Below, one piece after another: positions 14,756 through 54,000 of a stretch of DNA of 64,000 nt; position 1 is the first letter of the stretch; each line of letters begins with the position of its first letter. The position numbers and the translations under genes are program-made. The notes beneath the pieces were generated by a model, which saw only the letters and a list, made by a program, of their open reading frames with translations, was not told the DNA's origin and ran no database searches. The stretch lies in NCBI GenBank assembly GCA_020137815.1, contig CM035361.1, positions 248,001 to 312,000 of the forward strand, read 5' to 3'. This DNA is from Hormiphora californensis (Eukaryota > Animalia > Ctenophora).

Positions 14756-17612
14756 AGAGAGATAGAGAGAGAGAGAAAATGTGGAGAAAATAATGGCAAT
14801 GGTAAAAGTAAGACAGAGAGGGTAGCCAAAAGAAAACTAGATGAAAAAAGGAAGCACTGACCTTATAATCTAACAACTGGGTAACCAACAAGAGTGAAGC
14901 ATTATACCACACACTCATTTACCAGCAACCTGGTCTATCTTGATCTACCGAACCCCCGCAGAGTGTGCTCGCTCATTTTACAAAATAAAATGCAGTGTGA
15001 GCTACACGAGGTCGACATAGTGAAATAGCACCAACCTCCTAACAGTTTTATGCATCGAAATATAGAAACACTCAGAGCTGAGTAAGACAAACAATGCGGT
15101 GAACGATTGCCAATTGCTCGATCCTCTCTCACTCCTGAGTAAACAATCAACAAAGTTTAAATTAGTAAAACAGTAGTAAACAGTGTAACAGTCAAACCTT
15201 GATCTACCAGGTTCAGCTTCAGGCTACCAGGTTCTACCAGGTTCAGCTTCAGGCTTCCCCAAGGATTCTATCGAGGCCTGAAATACTAAAGACTAAGATA
15301 TCGGTCTTTACAATAACCTATAATTACTATCGACATGTGATGACAGACAACACATATAGTGATCTAAGTCGGCTCTAAATCACATGACTGTATAATGCTG
15401 AAAATAAACCAAATGTATGGTATATGCATTAACATCTGGCGTCTACCAGGAATAAACCACTCATTAGTTGAAATAGGATTATAACTAGGGCGTGGGAAAC
15501 TGGCATTTGGATTTAAGTACATAAATCATAATTTAATTGTCTAATAGCCCAAGTATTAGAGTTGTTTGTAAAAAAATACAAAGATGAAGGAATAGAATGA
15601 AATCAAGAGTTGCTAAAATGATAGCGAGGGAGGGACAGAGGTCTGAGAGAGAGTTGAGTATTATGATGTTCAACATGCAAACAATAATACACTACTTTTT
15701 GTGCACTGCAAATAAAGCTACTGCTCCTCCCATCTCTCTATCTCTCTCTATCTCCCTCTCTTTCTCGCTCTCTCGCTCTCCCTCTCTCTGCAACTGTAGG
15801 CCCCAGTGACGGATTTTACAAGCAGAATAAAACAGGAGTGCAGTATCAAAATATTGACAGAACAGAGAGATAGAAAGAGAGGGGAGAGAAGAGAGGGGAG
15901 AGAGATGAAAAATTAGGAAATTTCAAAACAAATGGTTGAATCCCGATGGCGTCTTGTCAAAGAAATCGGACTTTTCATTGAGCTTTGGTAAAGGAATAAT
16001 AGACGGTCAAATTATACCAACATCATGCAGATAGCTCAGCATCTACACCACATACAAAACAGGGAAAATAACAAAGATCTTTTGTGAGATGTAAGCTTCC
16101 TTAAGTATAGAAAACATGTGACTATTTCGATAGTGACGTTAAAAGATAAGAGGCCATAGCTAAATGTTAAAAAACCTGGTACTTTTAAATATATTTTGTT
16201 TAATACCCTAAAACCTGGCAAAACATATAATGTTTGTGACGATGAAGAAAATCAAATATATTCCTTGGCAGAAATATACGACTTGAAAAATGAAAAAGAG
16301 TGGAGAGAGGATGAATTGAGACAGAGAGAAATGGGATAATTAGGAACTGTCATTATGCGAACATTCATTCCACATTGATCTCTAATAAAACTCTAATAAT
16401 AAGGATTAATTTCAAAACGTTATGAAATCAGTCGATAATCATTTTGAGAGAAATAGATTTAGCTTGAACTCTGAAATAAGTACTAAAACTATCTATACTA
16501 CTACTAAAACTATCTATACTATTACTTGACTTCACGAAAACGAACGAAACTTAAAATGTGTTTTAACTTCTTGGTGACCCTCTCTCACTGCACCGAGGGT
16601 TAAAACATATAATAATAAAAAAGTTTCAATGGGAATTGACTGAGAAATTCCAACACCAAAAGTTTTGGTTAGAACTAATCCTTGAGAGAGTTTGTAAGGC
16701 CAAGTAACCATCCATTAGTGACACAGGACGCGATTAGATAGAGTCATAACTAGGATGACCAGCTCCATATCTCGCTTTAATTAATACAAGAATCTCTCTC
16801 TCTCTCTTTCTCTCCATTTCTCTATCTAGTAAACGTAATAATCTCACTTATTGCAGTTGTCTGTCCGCTCTCCTCCCTCACAATCATTATTACATGAGCT
16901 AGCATACATAAGGACCTTTAATGCGAGCAAAGCTTATTACACTTCTTCAAGCGCCGCCATGTGGAATCTTTCTCTCTCCTCTCCTCTCCCTCTATCTATA
17001 TCTCTGTTTCTCTCCCTCTATCTATATCTGTATGTCTTTCTGGAAATCTCTCTCCCTCACTCTATCTATTCGTCTTCAATTTTGTCTACTAAACTTCCTC
17101 TCCTCTCTTTTTCCTTTTCCTCTGTATACCACTTCACTGAAGGGATAACTCCTGGGGAGGGGGATATCTCCTGTCTACGGTAATAACATGGCACCAATAC
17201 GCCTGGTATCTCATTATATGACGCTCAGCTACAGCTAATATTTTACGACTAGTATATTGAACTACGGGGTTCACACCAGGCTAAACAGGAAGAGGTCAGA
17301 GTATAGTAAGATCTTTATTATAAGCCACATTACTTTACTATGACGATTTATTAGACTCCCCTACAACTTCCAAGAGCGAGTAAAAGGGGTTGTCTAAATC
17401 TGTAGAACTAAACCTTGCAGTTGGCGAATAAAATGTCAGGTGACCAAATTACTCTATCCCAATTCAAGGTGGTTGGGTGATTGCGTGGTTGGTGAAAAGA
17501 GGAGAGCGAGTAAGCGACAGAGGATTTCTTCAAACAACGGAGCGAGCGAGCGGGTGATAGTGAGACAGAGAGAGTGAAATAGGGAGATAGAGAGAGAGAT
17601 AGAGCGAGAGAG

Positions 17613-17707
<95 letters not shown>

Positions 17708-18209
17708 GAGACAGAGAGAGAGACAGAGAGACAGAGAGACAGAGAGAGACAGAGACAGAGAGAGACAGAGAGAGACAGAGACAGAGAGAGACAGAGAGAC
17801 AGAAAGAGAATTTATGTGAGCTGTAATTATGTGTAATAATCACAGTTTCCGCATTTCTAGAACATGACTGTACATCAGCTCACGTGTGTATGACGTGACA
17901 GTACTCACTGAGTACTACTCAAGTATAATACTGAGTATGTGTTACCAAGGTTACCGAGGGTAACGGTGGTTACCAGGGTAACGGTGGTTATCAAGGGTAA
18001 CAATGGTTACCAAGGGTAACAGTGGTTACCAATAAAATCAAAGGTTAACAACGGTTACAACACGATTAATGATATTACTATCGTGTCACAGAGAGATATA
18101 TGGTGCAAGGAAGACGTACATTTATGATTTATCAAGATGTAACAGGTCGCGTAGGGGGAGGGAATACATTGTACACTCACAACTGTGTTACGGGATAAAA
18201 GTAGAGAAA

Positions 18210-18304
<95 letters not shown>

Positions 18305-19079
18305 TGTTGGTGTGTAAGTTAACCGGGAAAATATATGTTTTTCTCCAATTCTCCCAACTAAATAATCTCTCATCTCTCTGTATTTCACACTATCCATCAC
18401 AAACTATCTTAAATGCTCTCTAACTCAACATATGACAGGGACATCAATTCAACATTTACAGCATCGTCTGTATGAGTGAATATATACACTTCCCCACACC
18501 CAACTGCCCTGAAACCCCCGATATAAGACAGTAGAACGAATATACAGAATGATCACAACGAAATGAATCCATTTCCAATGATGTTCTATTGAGTCAACAG
18601 GTCACACACAACATGACCTACAGCTGGTGGTGGTGCAGAGAAAAATAAACATTGCACACTCAAACCGCATACGGTGTATCTACTAGGTTGACCGAACCCT
18701 CACAGAGCGTGCTGGTAATTTCATGAAATAAAATGCGGTGTGAGCCACACAACATCAACGACATCATTGACAAACATTCTTAAACAACACAAAACTCTAT
18801 CTTCGAAAAAGGATGAACAGAATGGTTAGTAACAAAACATATTCAACTATTTAACTATTTCAACGGGTGACAAGTCCCGGATTCGCTATAAAACTGTCGT
18901 CCATTTGTTAATATGGTCCTTCGAGTTTCAACAACCAGTGGAATAAGAAGTTGAAACAACTTACAACCAAGCAGAGAAGAGAATTGGCAGAGAGAAGGCA
19001 AGACTGATGGCCCTTCTGGACAGTAGCAGAACAACGTATAAGGGGTACCCCAGGGGTACACGGAAACAATTAGACAAAG

Positions 19080-19158
<79 letters not shown>

Positions 19159-19194
19159 AGAGCAGAGAGAGAGAGAGATAGAGAGAGATAGAGC

Positions 19195-19236
<42 letters not shown>

Positions 19237-20328
19237 TCAAGTGTGTATTGGGGTGCACCCACTGCAGTACAATGTCCCATAACAAGCAACTCTAAAAGCT
19301 AATTACCCCACGAGAATCAAATAAGATATCTTTAACATGGGATAATTTTGGGTCTCACAAATTAAGAGACCGAATCCCTCTAATTCTCAACTCACTGATG
19401 CTCAGAACATTCAATGGATGCAAGTTGGGGTTTTAAAGACAAGCCACAAAACCAGGACCCATCGCCGCATGAGCCACATGGGTCACTCCGAAACACATGG
19501 GCGGCAGTTTGAATGCGCCAATGGACTAGCGACGTAGTGCTGAAACGGTATACTTTCATATCACGCGCGGCATTCGGTGGAGTGAAATGCTGCCGCGCGG
19601 CGCCCACAATACACGTGCCCGGAGCAGGGGAGAGGGAAATTGGGTTGAGTGACAAGACAGTGCTGCCAGAAACAAAGACGGGGGAAAACAAAGGGAGAGA
19701 GCAGCACAAAATAAAGGGAGAGAGAGAGCAGTGAACATATCAGAGTAGATAGTGGTAAAACCCATAGTTCCAAGAAGGGTCCAATCAAAAGGGGTGTGGT
19801 TGTATTATAAATACCCAATTAAACTATATTTACCTACCTAAATACTAACACTGCCGCGAGCCGAAAAGAATGGAGACAGCTCACGTCACTAAGATCGAGG
19901 ATACCGGAAGCCGGCCACATGGTGAAAGAGACCGTCTCAAGTATCAAGTAAGGACACAATACGTCTCTGGACTACCAAGCTGTCGTGTTCAGCCGTGTTC
20001 AGCCATGTGCTAAAGGAATAATTGGATTGTTAGAAATAGTGCAGTTACAAATGTTAAGTAAAACACACTTTGAGTTAAAACAATTATAAACCCATCACAA
20101 ATACTATAAAGTAAACCCGTACAATTTTAAAGAGAGTGGAAATTGAAAACAACTTTCCTAAAACCGTCTTTTAGAATCCATGATTCCATTCATCAAACAA
20201 TTGGCAGTCCGAGAGTCCGCAAAAACAATGGGGTTTAGATCACACTGCATGTTCCCATCATTGATTCCACAGGAGAATTAGGTTCCCATTGCATGGTATC
20301 TTTGCAGAAGAAATAACTAATTGGTCCT

Positions 20329-21681
20329 TTACAGTAGTTTCAGATGCCGTGTAATCAGATCAATATCACTAACATGTCCCGGACCCAGTGCCAGTACAGT
20401 CTTACTACCAGGTTCTATCTGTGTCCTACCAGCATCTCGGACAATATAGGACAAGATCCCGTGTTCTGCTGCTGCTCGACCCAGTGAAACTAATTCCTCC
20501 TCCGTACCTGCTTTGACAACAACCTGGGAAGTTAGTTGTGGGACGTTATAATTAGGTGGTCTGCAGTCAGAAACTCATTTACTGGGCATCTTCCGCTAAA
20601 TCGGGGATCGGCAGAATCCAATTAAATACTTGTATTCAAAGTGAGTGGATCATGTCGATATTGGGACTAGTAGTCCCGGACTACTGAGATACTACGTTCG
20701 GCGGCAGGGTGGTGACTGGTGAATGGTGACTCAGGGGGAGAGGGGCAAATAATTAATAAATAATTACCTTTGCCTGTCCTTCATACCGCCATGTTTTTAA
20801 TAGGTCAGGTTGTCTTTTAGCGGCCACCTCCACTGCACCACACGCTGCGTGAGCACACTGGGCTGCAACTTTACCTGGGAAGTAACACTTTTTAGTGGTA
20901 TATGTTCAAAGTTCAAACATGACGCTGAGTTTGACATACAAAGTATTAGCAATTTCTTCGATTCCTCATTAAAGTCAGATTTTTTGAAGTTGTTACCCCA
21001 AAATGACCGTGCATGTGAAATTTATCAATTTTGACGCGCACACCACACGTTAACATGTGATGTGACGCGCAAAAACATTCCGCGCACGAGAAGGGGGGGG
21101 GGGTGACAACTTCAAAAAATCCGACTTTAATCTATTTTCAGTCTACACGGTCCACGGTGGAAGAAAATGCTAGAACCGAACTGCAAACTTATCATACTCA
21201 GTACATTATATTTTGACCAACCTTTTCCCATTTTCAAGTCCATACGGACTACAAGAAGCATCTTGAGATCATCACCAATATAATCATTGTCATCGATCGT
21301 TAAGTTCTCCTTACCCCTTTGCTTCCGTTTAATGCGAGCCTGTAAAGGGAGAATTTTATTTTAGATTTTACATAAATAAACCGATGGTGAGGGAATAATT
21401 AAAAATATTGTCATTTATATATAACTGACAATACTTTAAATTCGATTATCGAAAGTGAGACGAACAGGGACTGACTGTTCTGATTCCGCGATCACTGTGC
21501 GAGGGAGTCTGAACAACTTGTCCAGAGTCTCTCGCGTGGGGAAAATAGCGTTGTGAAAGGTGATTTACAGAACAAGACAAGAGCTGACTGTCTAAAGCAC
21601 CTGAATTCTAGGTATAAAGTATCCCAGTAGAACGCCGGTTATTGTACACAGAACCGCCCCAGATACAGTTGTTGCATTCAT
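20329..21681 (-). CDS. PTRH2: Peptidyl-tRNA hydrolase 2, 4 exons: 21681-21601, 21339-21222, 20874-20768, 20523-20329 (166 aa)
   Basis: Spliced translation has an N-terminal hydrophobic anchor, then [24 protein letters not shown]...WRYEGQAKVVVK...VRDAGRTQIEPGSKTVLALGPG...IDLITRHLKLL*, the canonical PTH2 motifs. GT-AG introns, phases 0/1/0. Confidence 0.93.
20969..21130. mobile_element. TTAA-bounded MITE in PTRH2 intron 2
   Basis: About 30-bp TIRs ttaaagtcagattttttgaagttgttaccc / gggtgacaacttcaaaaaatccgactttaa. Confidence 0.75.
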
Positions 21682-22310
21682 CCTAAAGTGTTGTATGGTT
21701 TAAAGCAGATTTCTCGACCTTGTTTCAAAACTTGCGGTTTGGCTCTTGAACAAGGTTTGAATTTTGATCTAGAATTATGTAACTGTTTGCCTCTGAGTGT
21801 GGCTTAAGGATCGAGATAAAGTTTTGCATTAGCGAGTGTGATCTGTCAGCTCGGAAACAGTCAAAAGCTACAGGGTGGTCATGAATTTTGAGAACTTGAT
21901 GAACTTGCAGGTACGGCGCTGGGCCTTCGGACTTCGGTACAGCAAGTCCCTGGGTGTCCGGGGCCAGGGGCGGCAGCCTCGGTCAGGGGACGTGGGCGTA
22001 AGGGGCAGAGCCCCCGCAGGCAGGGTCAAGGGGCTGCAAGCCCCGGTTGGGATTTTTTAACGATTTTAAGCATTTCTGATTTCCTTTTGTGAAAAATGGG
22101 AAAAAAGATGAAAGTTTTCTGATCACGAGAAAAAAAATCCTCTGCTCGCACACACTTTTTTTTGGGTGAACCGGACACCCTGGTCATATCAAATTGCACT
22201 GTGGCGCACGTAAGAACCTTCTTTATGCTCTGCCGTGTAGTGCGTAACAGGTGCACGCAGAGCTCCGGACACCCGCAAATCCAAAATTTCGCAGTTTTCA
22301 TCGATTTTTT

Positions 22311-25300
22311 TTGGAAAAGAGGTTTAAAATTATACTGATAACAATCAAATTATATATAAGCACACTGTGGTAATAAATTAAACATACAATAAATTAATAT
22401 CTATACTACTTGAATAGTATGGTGTAATTGTCTTTCCTCGGTAACCCCGGAGGCTGACGATGAGAGTTTTGAGGAGACAGAAAGATAATCTCTGCCGGAT
22501 GTAGCGTACCGCATCAGGGATGGATTGTTTGGTTTTCCCGGAAAGGAGAACTGCCAGTCTGCGGTAGAACCTTTCTGCTTCACGTCCCATAGTTCCGGTG
22601 GTGGAGAACACGATGGGTGTGAAGGAGGCTTTCTCTACTTCCAGGATTCGTTCATTGTACACCCTCTTTTTCTCTTTCTCGTGAGAGGCCAAAGCAGATT
22701 TCAATGACTTTTTGATGTTAGAGTCTGCACGTGAGTTGAAAACTCTGATGTCAAGGAAAGTTTTGTCCATGTCGACCCATACCTTCCTAGCAGACACGTC
22801 AAGCCTGGCTTGATCTTCGGTGTTGGCACTCTTGTATTTGAATTTTTCTCCAGTGATGGGAAGGAGATGTGGTTCAATAGTAACATCTGTGCATCCAGCC
22901 TCGGAGAGAAGATTCGCAGTCAGATCCCGTATCTGATTGTGGCGGAGGTGAACATAGCCACCAAGAGGACATGACAGACAGTGTTCCATACTGTTAGGCT
23001 TTCCACACATGCAGGTATGGGATATACCTTCAATGGGGAAATCATACCGTAAGGACATTGCGTCGTGGAATTCCCCTTTGTTGAGAAGGAAGCCATGTTC
23101 AGCGAGAGGGAGGGTTGTTACCCAGGTGGAGGCTCCGCGTTGGCACAGCTCCTCATGGAGACGTTGTTGTCGGGGGTCTAGCTCAGCTGATGCAGTTTCA
23201 AGGTCGCATTTTTGTTTCGCTCTCTTTGCCGTTAGAACCTTGTGTTTGGCAACACTGAGATCCACTGTGGCTCTGTCCGCTCTCTCTGAGGTAATATGAG
23301 TGTTCTGTTCGTTTATGAGTTCAGAAAGAGGGGCAGTAGCTTCAACAGATCTAGCATACTCATCGTCCGCGATTTTGGTGGGATCAGATATGCCAATACC
23401 TCCATTCCTAGCAGGGAGACTGAAAATGTTTCTGTGGGTATCGCTGAAGTGGGGAGTTATAGTTTTGGGGAGGAAGAGAGTCGTGATGGTATGTTCCAGA
23501 GGGAGAAAGAGGTGCGATATGTTGGGTGTAGTACGCATCAAGAACAGCCACTTTTTCGATAGTCCTACACAGAATGCTGAGAATGACGCTTGCGGTTCCG
23601 TTTCAGAGGCAGATGAAAGTTCCTCTAGCTGACGGCACCAGCCGCTCACTTGGTCTGAAACAAACTGATCCCTGAAACTATCAGAGCCAAGAGGGGCGCC
23701 TAGATACCTTGTTCCTTCTGTCAGGATTTGAATGTTTGTGTTGCTAAACAAGGACTTGGCCGAAGCGAGGAAGCGAGGTTTCACTAGGAGAATGGACTTT
23801 TTAGCATTAGGGAAGTAGCCCAAGCCTGGACCCGCAAGACACAGTGTGTCCCACCATTGTTTCACAGCAGCAAGTTTTCCAGCAGCCGCACCATCATCTG
23901 CATAGAATATAGTCTTAGCATTAGATAGCGATAGTGAGTTGATCAGTGGTCGTACACTTATAGAGTAAAACGGAGAGGCGATGTTGCATCCTTGGGTAGT
24001 TCCCTCTGAGCTAAGGATAATTTGGCCATTGGATAAGTAAAGGTTGGTGGGGGAGCGGTAGAAATTAGTAGCAAAGGTTGAAAGGTTGGGACAGAGAAAT
24101 CGCAAGTTAACGAGGGCTGTCTGCCTGTTGATCACATTGAATGCGTTTGATGCATCAGCGAGGAGAACGCCTTCCGTACCATCGTCGTGGAACATGGCAT
24201 TCATGGAGTGTACCGCAGCCTCAATTCCTCCCTGTTGACCAGCTGCTAACTGGAGTGGGCCTGCTGCATCGAGAATATCAGGTCTGAGATGGCAGGACAC
24301 TGTTCGGCCAATAATTCGGCGCAGGATTTCACCGACACCGATTGGTCTCACGCCTGGGTTCTTATCGAGGGCAATGAGTCGGCATGCAAGAAGAGGGGAA
24401 ATGGTGGAAGGATCAACATGTACAGTACATAACCGTCTGGTCATGAGGGCGAGGGCGTGAGCTAAAGCATCAGCTTCCTTGGAAAAAGATTTGCTGCAGA
24501 TCATTCTAGCCCACAGTTTCTCAGTGGTCCCGCTCGGCCCAGCCCCTCCTTTAGTGGTCCCTGCCGCATCCCTAATGGATTTGGCGCTGATGTCATAGAA
24601 CACTATAGGGTCAGGTTTGGGTGCAGGATCAGTGCTGTACAAATGTTCAAAGCTGATTCCCTTTCCTTCCGGATGTTTGGATTTCAACTCGTCGATAACC
24701 TTTTCCGTAATCTCGAGGGGTTTGGATGGTGTGGTGGACAGGATCCTCAAAGCTGCACCTACCCTTCCCTGAAACATGAGTCGGGCAAAGGTACGCTGTG
24801 GATTAGAGTTACTGGCAGGTCCTTTCGCAAGCCTAGACTGGATGATCTTACCCTCGGCAAGAAGTTCATTGAACTGCCCGCCCTTCCATAAATCTAGTCG
24901 GCGTTTCAGTATTTCACGATGTTCTCCCGGTTTAGTGTTCTTTCCTGGGTTCTGTAGTAGGAGCGGTCCCATGAGCATGAGAGCGTGGATCGAGATTCGC
25001 TCAAGGCGGGTTGGGATCGCCCAAGCGGTCACCAGCCGTGTGGCCTCTGCCACATAGGATCTTCCTACAGAGCCACCGGGTAAATTAAACAAATTAGGTC
25101 TCCACGTTGCTATTGTTTTAGACGCTAACTGAAAGGTGGAGATAAGATCTTCATCTCCCCAGTCACATTGCAGTGGCTGGGCCTTCCGGAAATCAGGAAT
25201 ACGACAACAGTTGTGGCAGAACCATTTGGCGTCAGATAATTGAAGATTAGAGAATTGTTGGTCAGATAGACTGGCACATGTTGGGTGGTACCAGGACTGA

Positions 25301-25547
25301 CAATTGTCACACAGAATTGATTGATAAGAGGGTGTAAATTGAACGAAACCTGTGGAACATGTAGGACAGTTTGTGACAGCATCTTTGGAGGAGGAGAGTT
25401 GGGGACAGGATGATGTTACTTCTGTGGACTTCGTCTCGTCGTGGCTGTGCCGTTCGTTTCTCTTCTTCTTGCCATTATCTGCAACGACCATTGAGGCAGC
25501 CACAAGGACCACCTCAAATTAATTTGTTTAAAGTAGTGTTGAAAAGT
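22311..25547 (-). mobile_element. Full-length CRE-clade non-LTR retrotransposon with SL-like 5' end and 10-bp TSD
   Basis: tcgatttttt occurs at 22301-22310 and 25548-25557 flanking the element. Single intact ORF, about 65-nt 3' UTR, no long poly(A). Confidence 0.85.
22378..25491 (-). CDS. PHD finger + reverse transcriptase + restriction-like endonuclease polyprotein (about 1037 aa from the first ATG)
   Basis: C4HC3 PHD (CPTC..CDNCQSWYHPTC..WFCHNC). RT motifs LDKNPGVRPIGVGEILRR, DASNAFN, EGTTQG, YADD, YLGAPLG. CCHC knuckle CMCG..HCLSC then RHN. RLE motif RLDV..FLDIRV..EKEKKRVY. These match the animal CRE-clade layout. Confidence 0.93.
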   Translation of the reverse strand: MVVADNGKKKRNERHSHDETKSTEVTSSCPQLSSSKDAVTNCPTCSTGFVQFTPSYQSILCDNCQSWYHPTCASLSDQQFSNLQLSDAKWFCHNCCRIPDFRKAQPLQCDWGDEDLISTFQLASKTIATWRPNLFNLPGGSVGRSYVAEATRLVTAWAIPTRLERISIHALMLMGPLLLQNPGKNTKPGEHREILKRRLDLWKGGQFNELLAEGKIIQSRLAKGPASNSNPQRTFARLMFQGRVGAALRILSTTPSKPLEITEKVIDELKSKHPEGKGISFEHLYSTDPAPKPDPIVFYDISAKSIRDAAGTTKGGAGPSGTTEKLWARMICSKSFSKEADALAHALALMTRRLCTVHVDPSTISPLLACRLIALDKNPGVRPIGVGEILRRIIGRTVSCHLRPDILDAAGPLQLAAGQQGGIEAAVHSMNAMFHDDGTEGVLLADASNAFNVINRQTALVNLRFLCPNLSTFATNFYRSPTNLYLSNGQIILSSEGTTQGCNIASPFYSISVRPLINSLSLSNAKTIFYADDGAAAGKLAAVKQWWDTLCLAGPGLGYFPNAKKSILLVKPRFLASAKSLFSNTNIQILTEGTRYLGAPLGSDSFRDQFVSDQVSGWCRQLEELSSASETEPQASFSAFCVGLSKKWLFLMRTTPNISHLFLPLEHTITTLFLPKTITPHFSDTHRNIFSLPARNGGIGISDPTKIADDEYARSVEATAPLSELINEQNTHITSERADRATVDLSVAKHKVLTAKRAKQKCDLETASAELDPRQQRLHEELCQRGASTWVTTLPLAEHGFLLNKGEFHDAMSLRYDFPIEGISHTCMCGKPNSMEHCLSCPLGGYVHLRHNQIRDLTANLLSEAGCTDVTIEPHLLPITGEKFKYKSANTEDQARLDVSARKVWVDMDKTFLDIRVFNSRADSNIKKSLKSALASHEKEKKRVYNERILEVEKASFTPIVFSTTGTMGREAERFYRRLAVLLSGKTKQSIPDAVRYIRQRLSFCLLKTLIVSLRGYRGKTITPYYSSSIDINLLYV

Positions 25548-25548
25548 T
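25513..25548 (-). other. Spliced-leader-like 36-mer AACTTTTCAACACTACTTTAAACAAATTAATTTGAG
   Basis: Matches, from memory, the 3' part of published ctenophore SL exons. Lies exactly between the TSD and a 21-nt 5' UTR. Needs a database check. Confidence 0.75.
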
Positions 25549-25870
25549 CGATTTTTTGAAATTCATTTTATTTTTCCTTCTTTTCTTTCTCCGTCTTTTT
25601 GGCCTGGGTGTCCGCGGACACCCGAACACCCACGAACGCCGTCCCTGGCGCATTCATTTACCCAGATTTTAACGCTGACCGATTTTAAAACGCTGGCCCA
25701 AAAAAGTTTGAACTTTAAAAATTTCCAGCGCGGCCCGGCCCCGAAATTTATTATCGCGCGCACAAATGTCCTTGCGCGCAACAACTTGCAACGTCAAATC
25801 ATTTTATCTGCGTTGACCGTAAATTTTCTTTTGACGGCCGCGCGCGAGTGGCGATAGTATTAGGGTGAGG

Positions 25871-26100
<230 letters not shown>

Positions 26101-26401
26101 TATGAAATGAAGGGGATCGCAAAGGGAAGAAGAGCTGATATATGATGGGATTGGGAAGAGAGATGGCAAAAAGTTTCACAGCAATAAACAATTTTTTGTT
26201 TTGGGTGGAATGTGTTCACTATTATATTACATGAATCAGAATATGATTATGAGCATTTAAAAACTACAACATGTACATCTTTTCAAACATTAGGGATATC
26301 TTGAAGTTCTAAAAGTACATATTACATAATAAGATGGATATCTGATAAAATTAGAATTGTTATTTGTTATTGTCGGATACAAAACTAGACATTCCATGGT
26401 A

Positions 26402-26647
26402 CAGTCGGACCCCGATTTAGTGGCATCCTCGGAGGGGGGGGGGATCCTGCCACTAAATCGGGGTGCCACTAAATCGGGTTCAAATAATGTTAATTTCCTA
26501 TATCGGGGGAAAAAAATCCTGCCACTAAATCGGGGTGCCACTAAATCGGGTTCAAATAATGTTAATTTCCTATATCGGGGGAAAAAAAATCCTGCCACTA
26601 AATCGGGGTGCCACTAAATCGGGGGCCACTAAATCGGGGTCCGACTG
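26402..26647. mobile_element. Tc1/mariner (pogo/Tigger-type) MITE
   Basis: TIRs cagtcggacccccgatttagtggc-like / gccactaaatcggggtccgactg, TA on both sides, internal ccactaaatcggg repeats. Same family at 39930-40101. Confidence 0.85.
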
Positions 26648-27220
26648 TATAATAATAATAGTTGTCATGTACTCAGGTGTCAAGGACCACTTGACAGTAC
26701 AAAATGGGGTCTGAAGAGCCGCTAGAAATGGGTCACGGGCGTGTGCCAAAAAGCGAGAGGGTATCCCTCTAGGATTTTAGACAGATTGGAGATGAGGTGC
26801 CGGGTATATGGAAGGTACAATATCCTCTTTTTTGCCCACCGTTATTGTTATTACTAAAAATATAATTATCTAAAGTTAAATTGGGCCCAGCTGGGAGGAG
26901 GGTGCCAGGGTGAGTTTTCAACTCTTTTTCTCATGCACACACGAACACAAACTAAACACTAAACACGGTATACTACTGAAAAACAAAAACATTCTCGCTC
27001 GGTTCGACTACAAAATTAATTTAATTTCTAACAGTGCATGTTTACCTTTTAATTGATTAGCTACTTTTTACAGTCATATTTTTATATTCTATAAAATTTC
27101 TACTGTCAAATAATTTACTCAGTTTTTTATTATGAAAAATCCACGATAAAGCTATCTAATAGAAGTGTCTCTATTGTCTCTAATACACTTTAAGTGTCTC
27201 TAATTAATGCCGATAGTCCA

Positions 27221-54000
<26,780 letters not shown>

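Noticed and set aside
19870-19950. Possible plus-strand first exon (METAHVTK...|gtaagg)
   Set aside because: No downstream exons or homology found; it would run into PTRH2.
25440-25548. Functional SL RNA gene
   Set aside because: The SL-like segment runs directly into the retroelement UTR and ORF; I see no SL intron or Sm site, and a TSD bounds it.
21871-25646. hAT element bounded by CAGGG...CCCTG around the CRE
   Set aside because: Only 5 terminal bases match and there is no 8-bp TSD.
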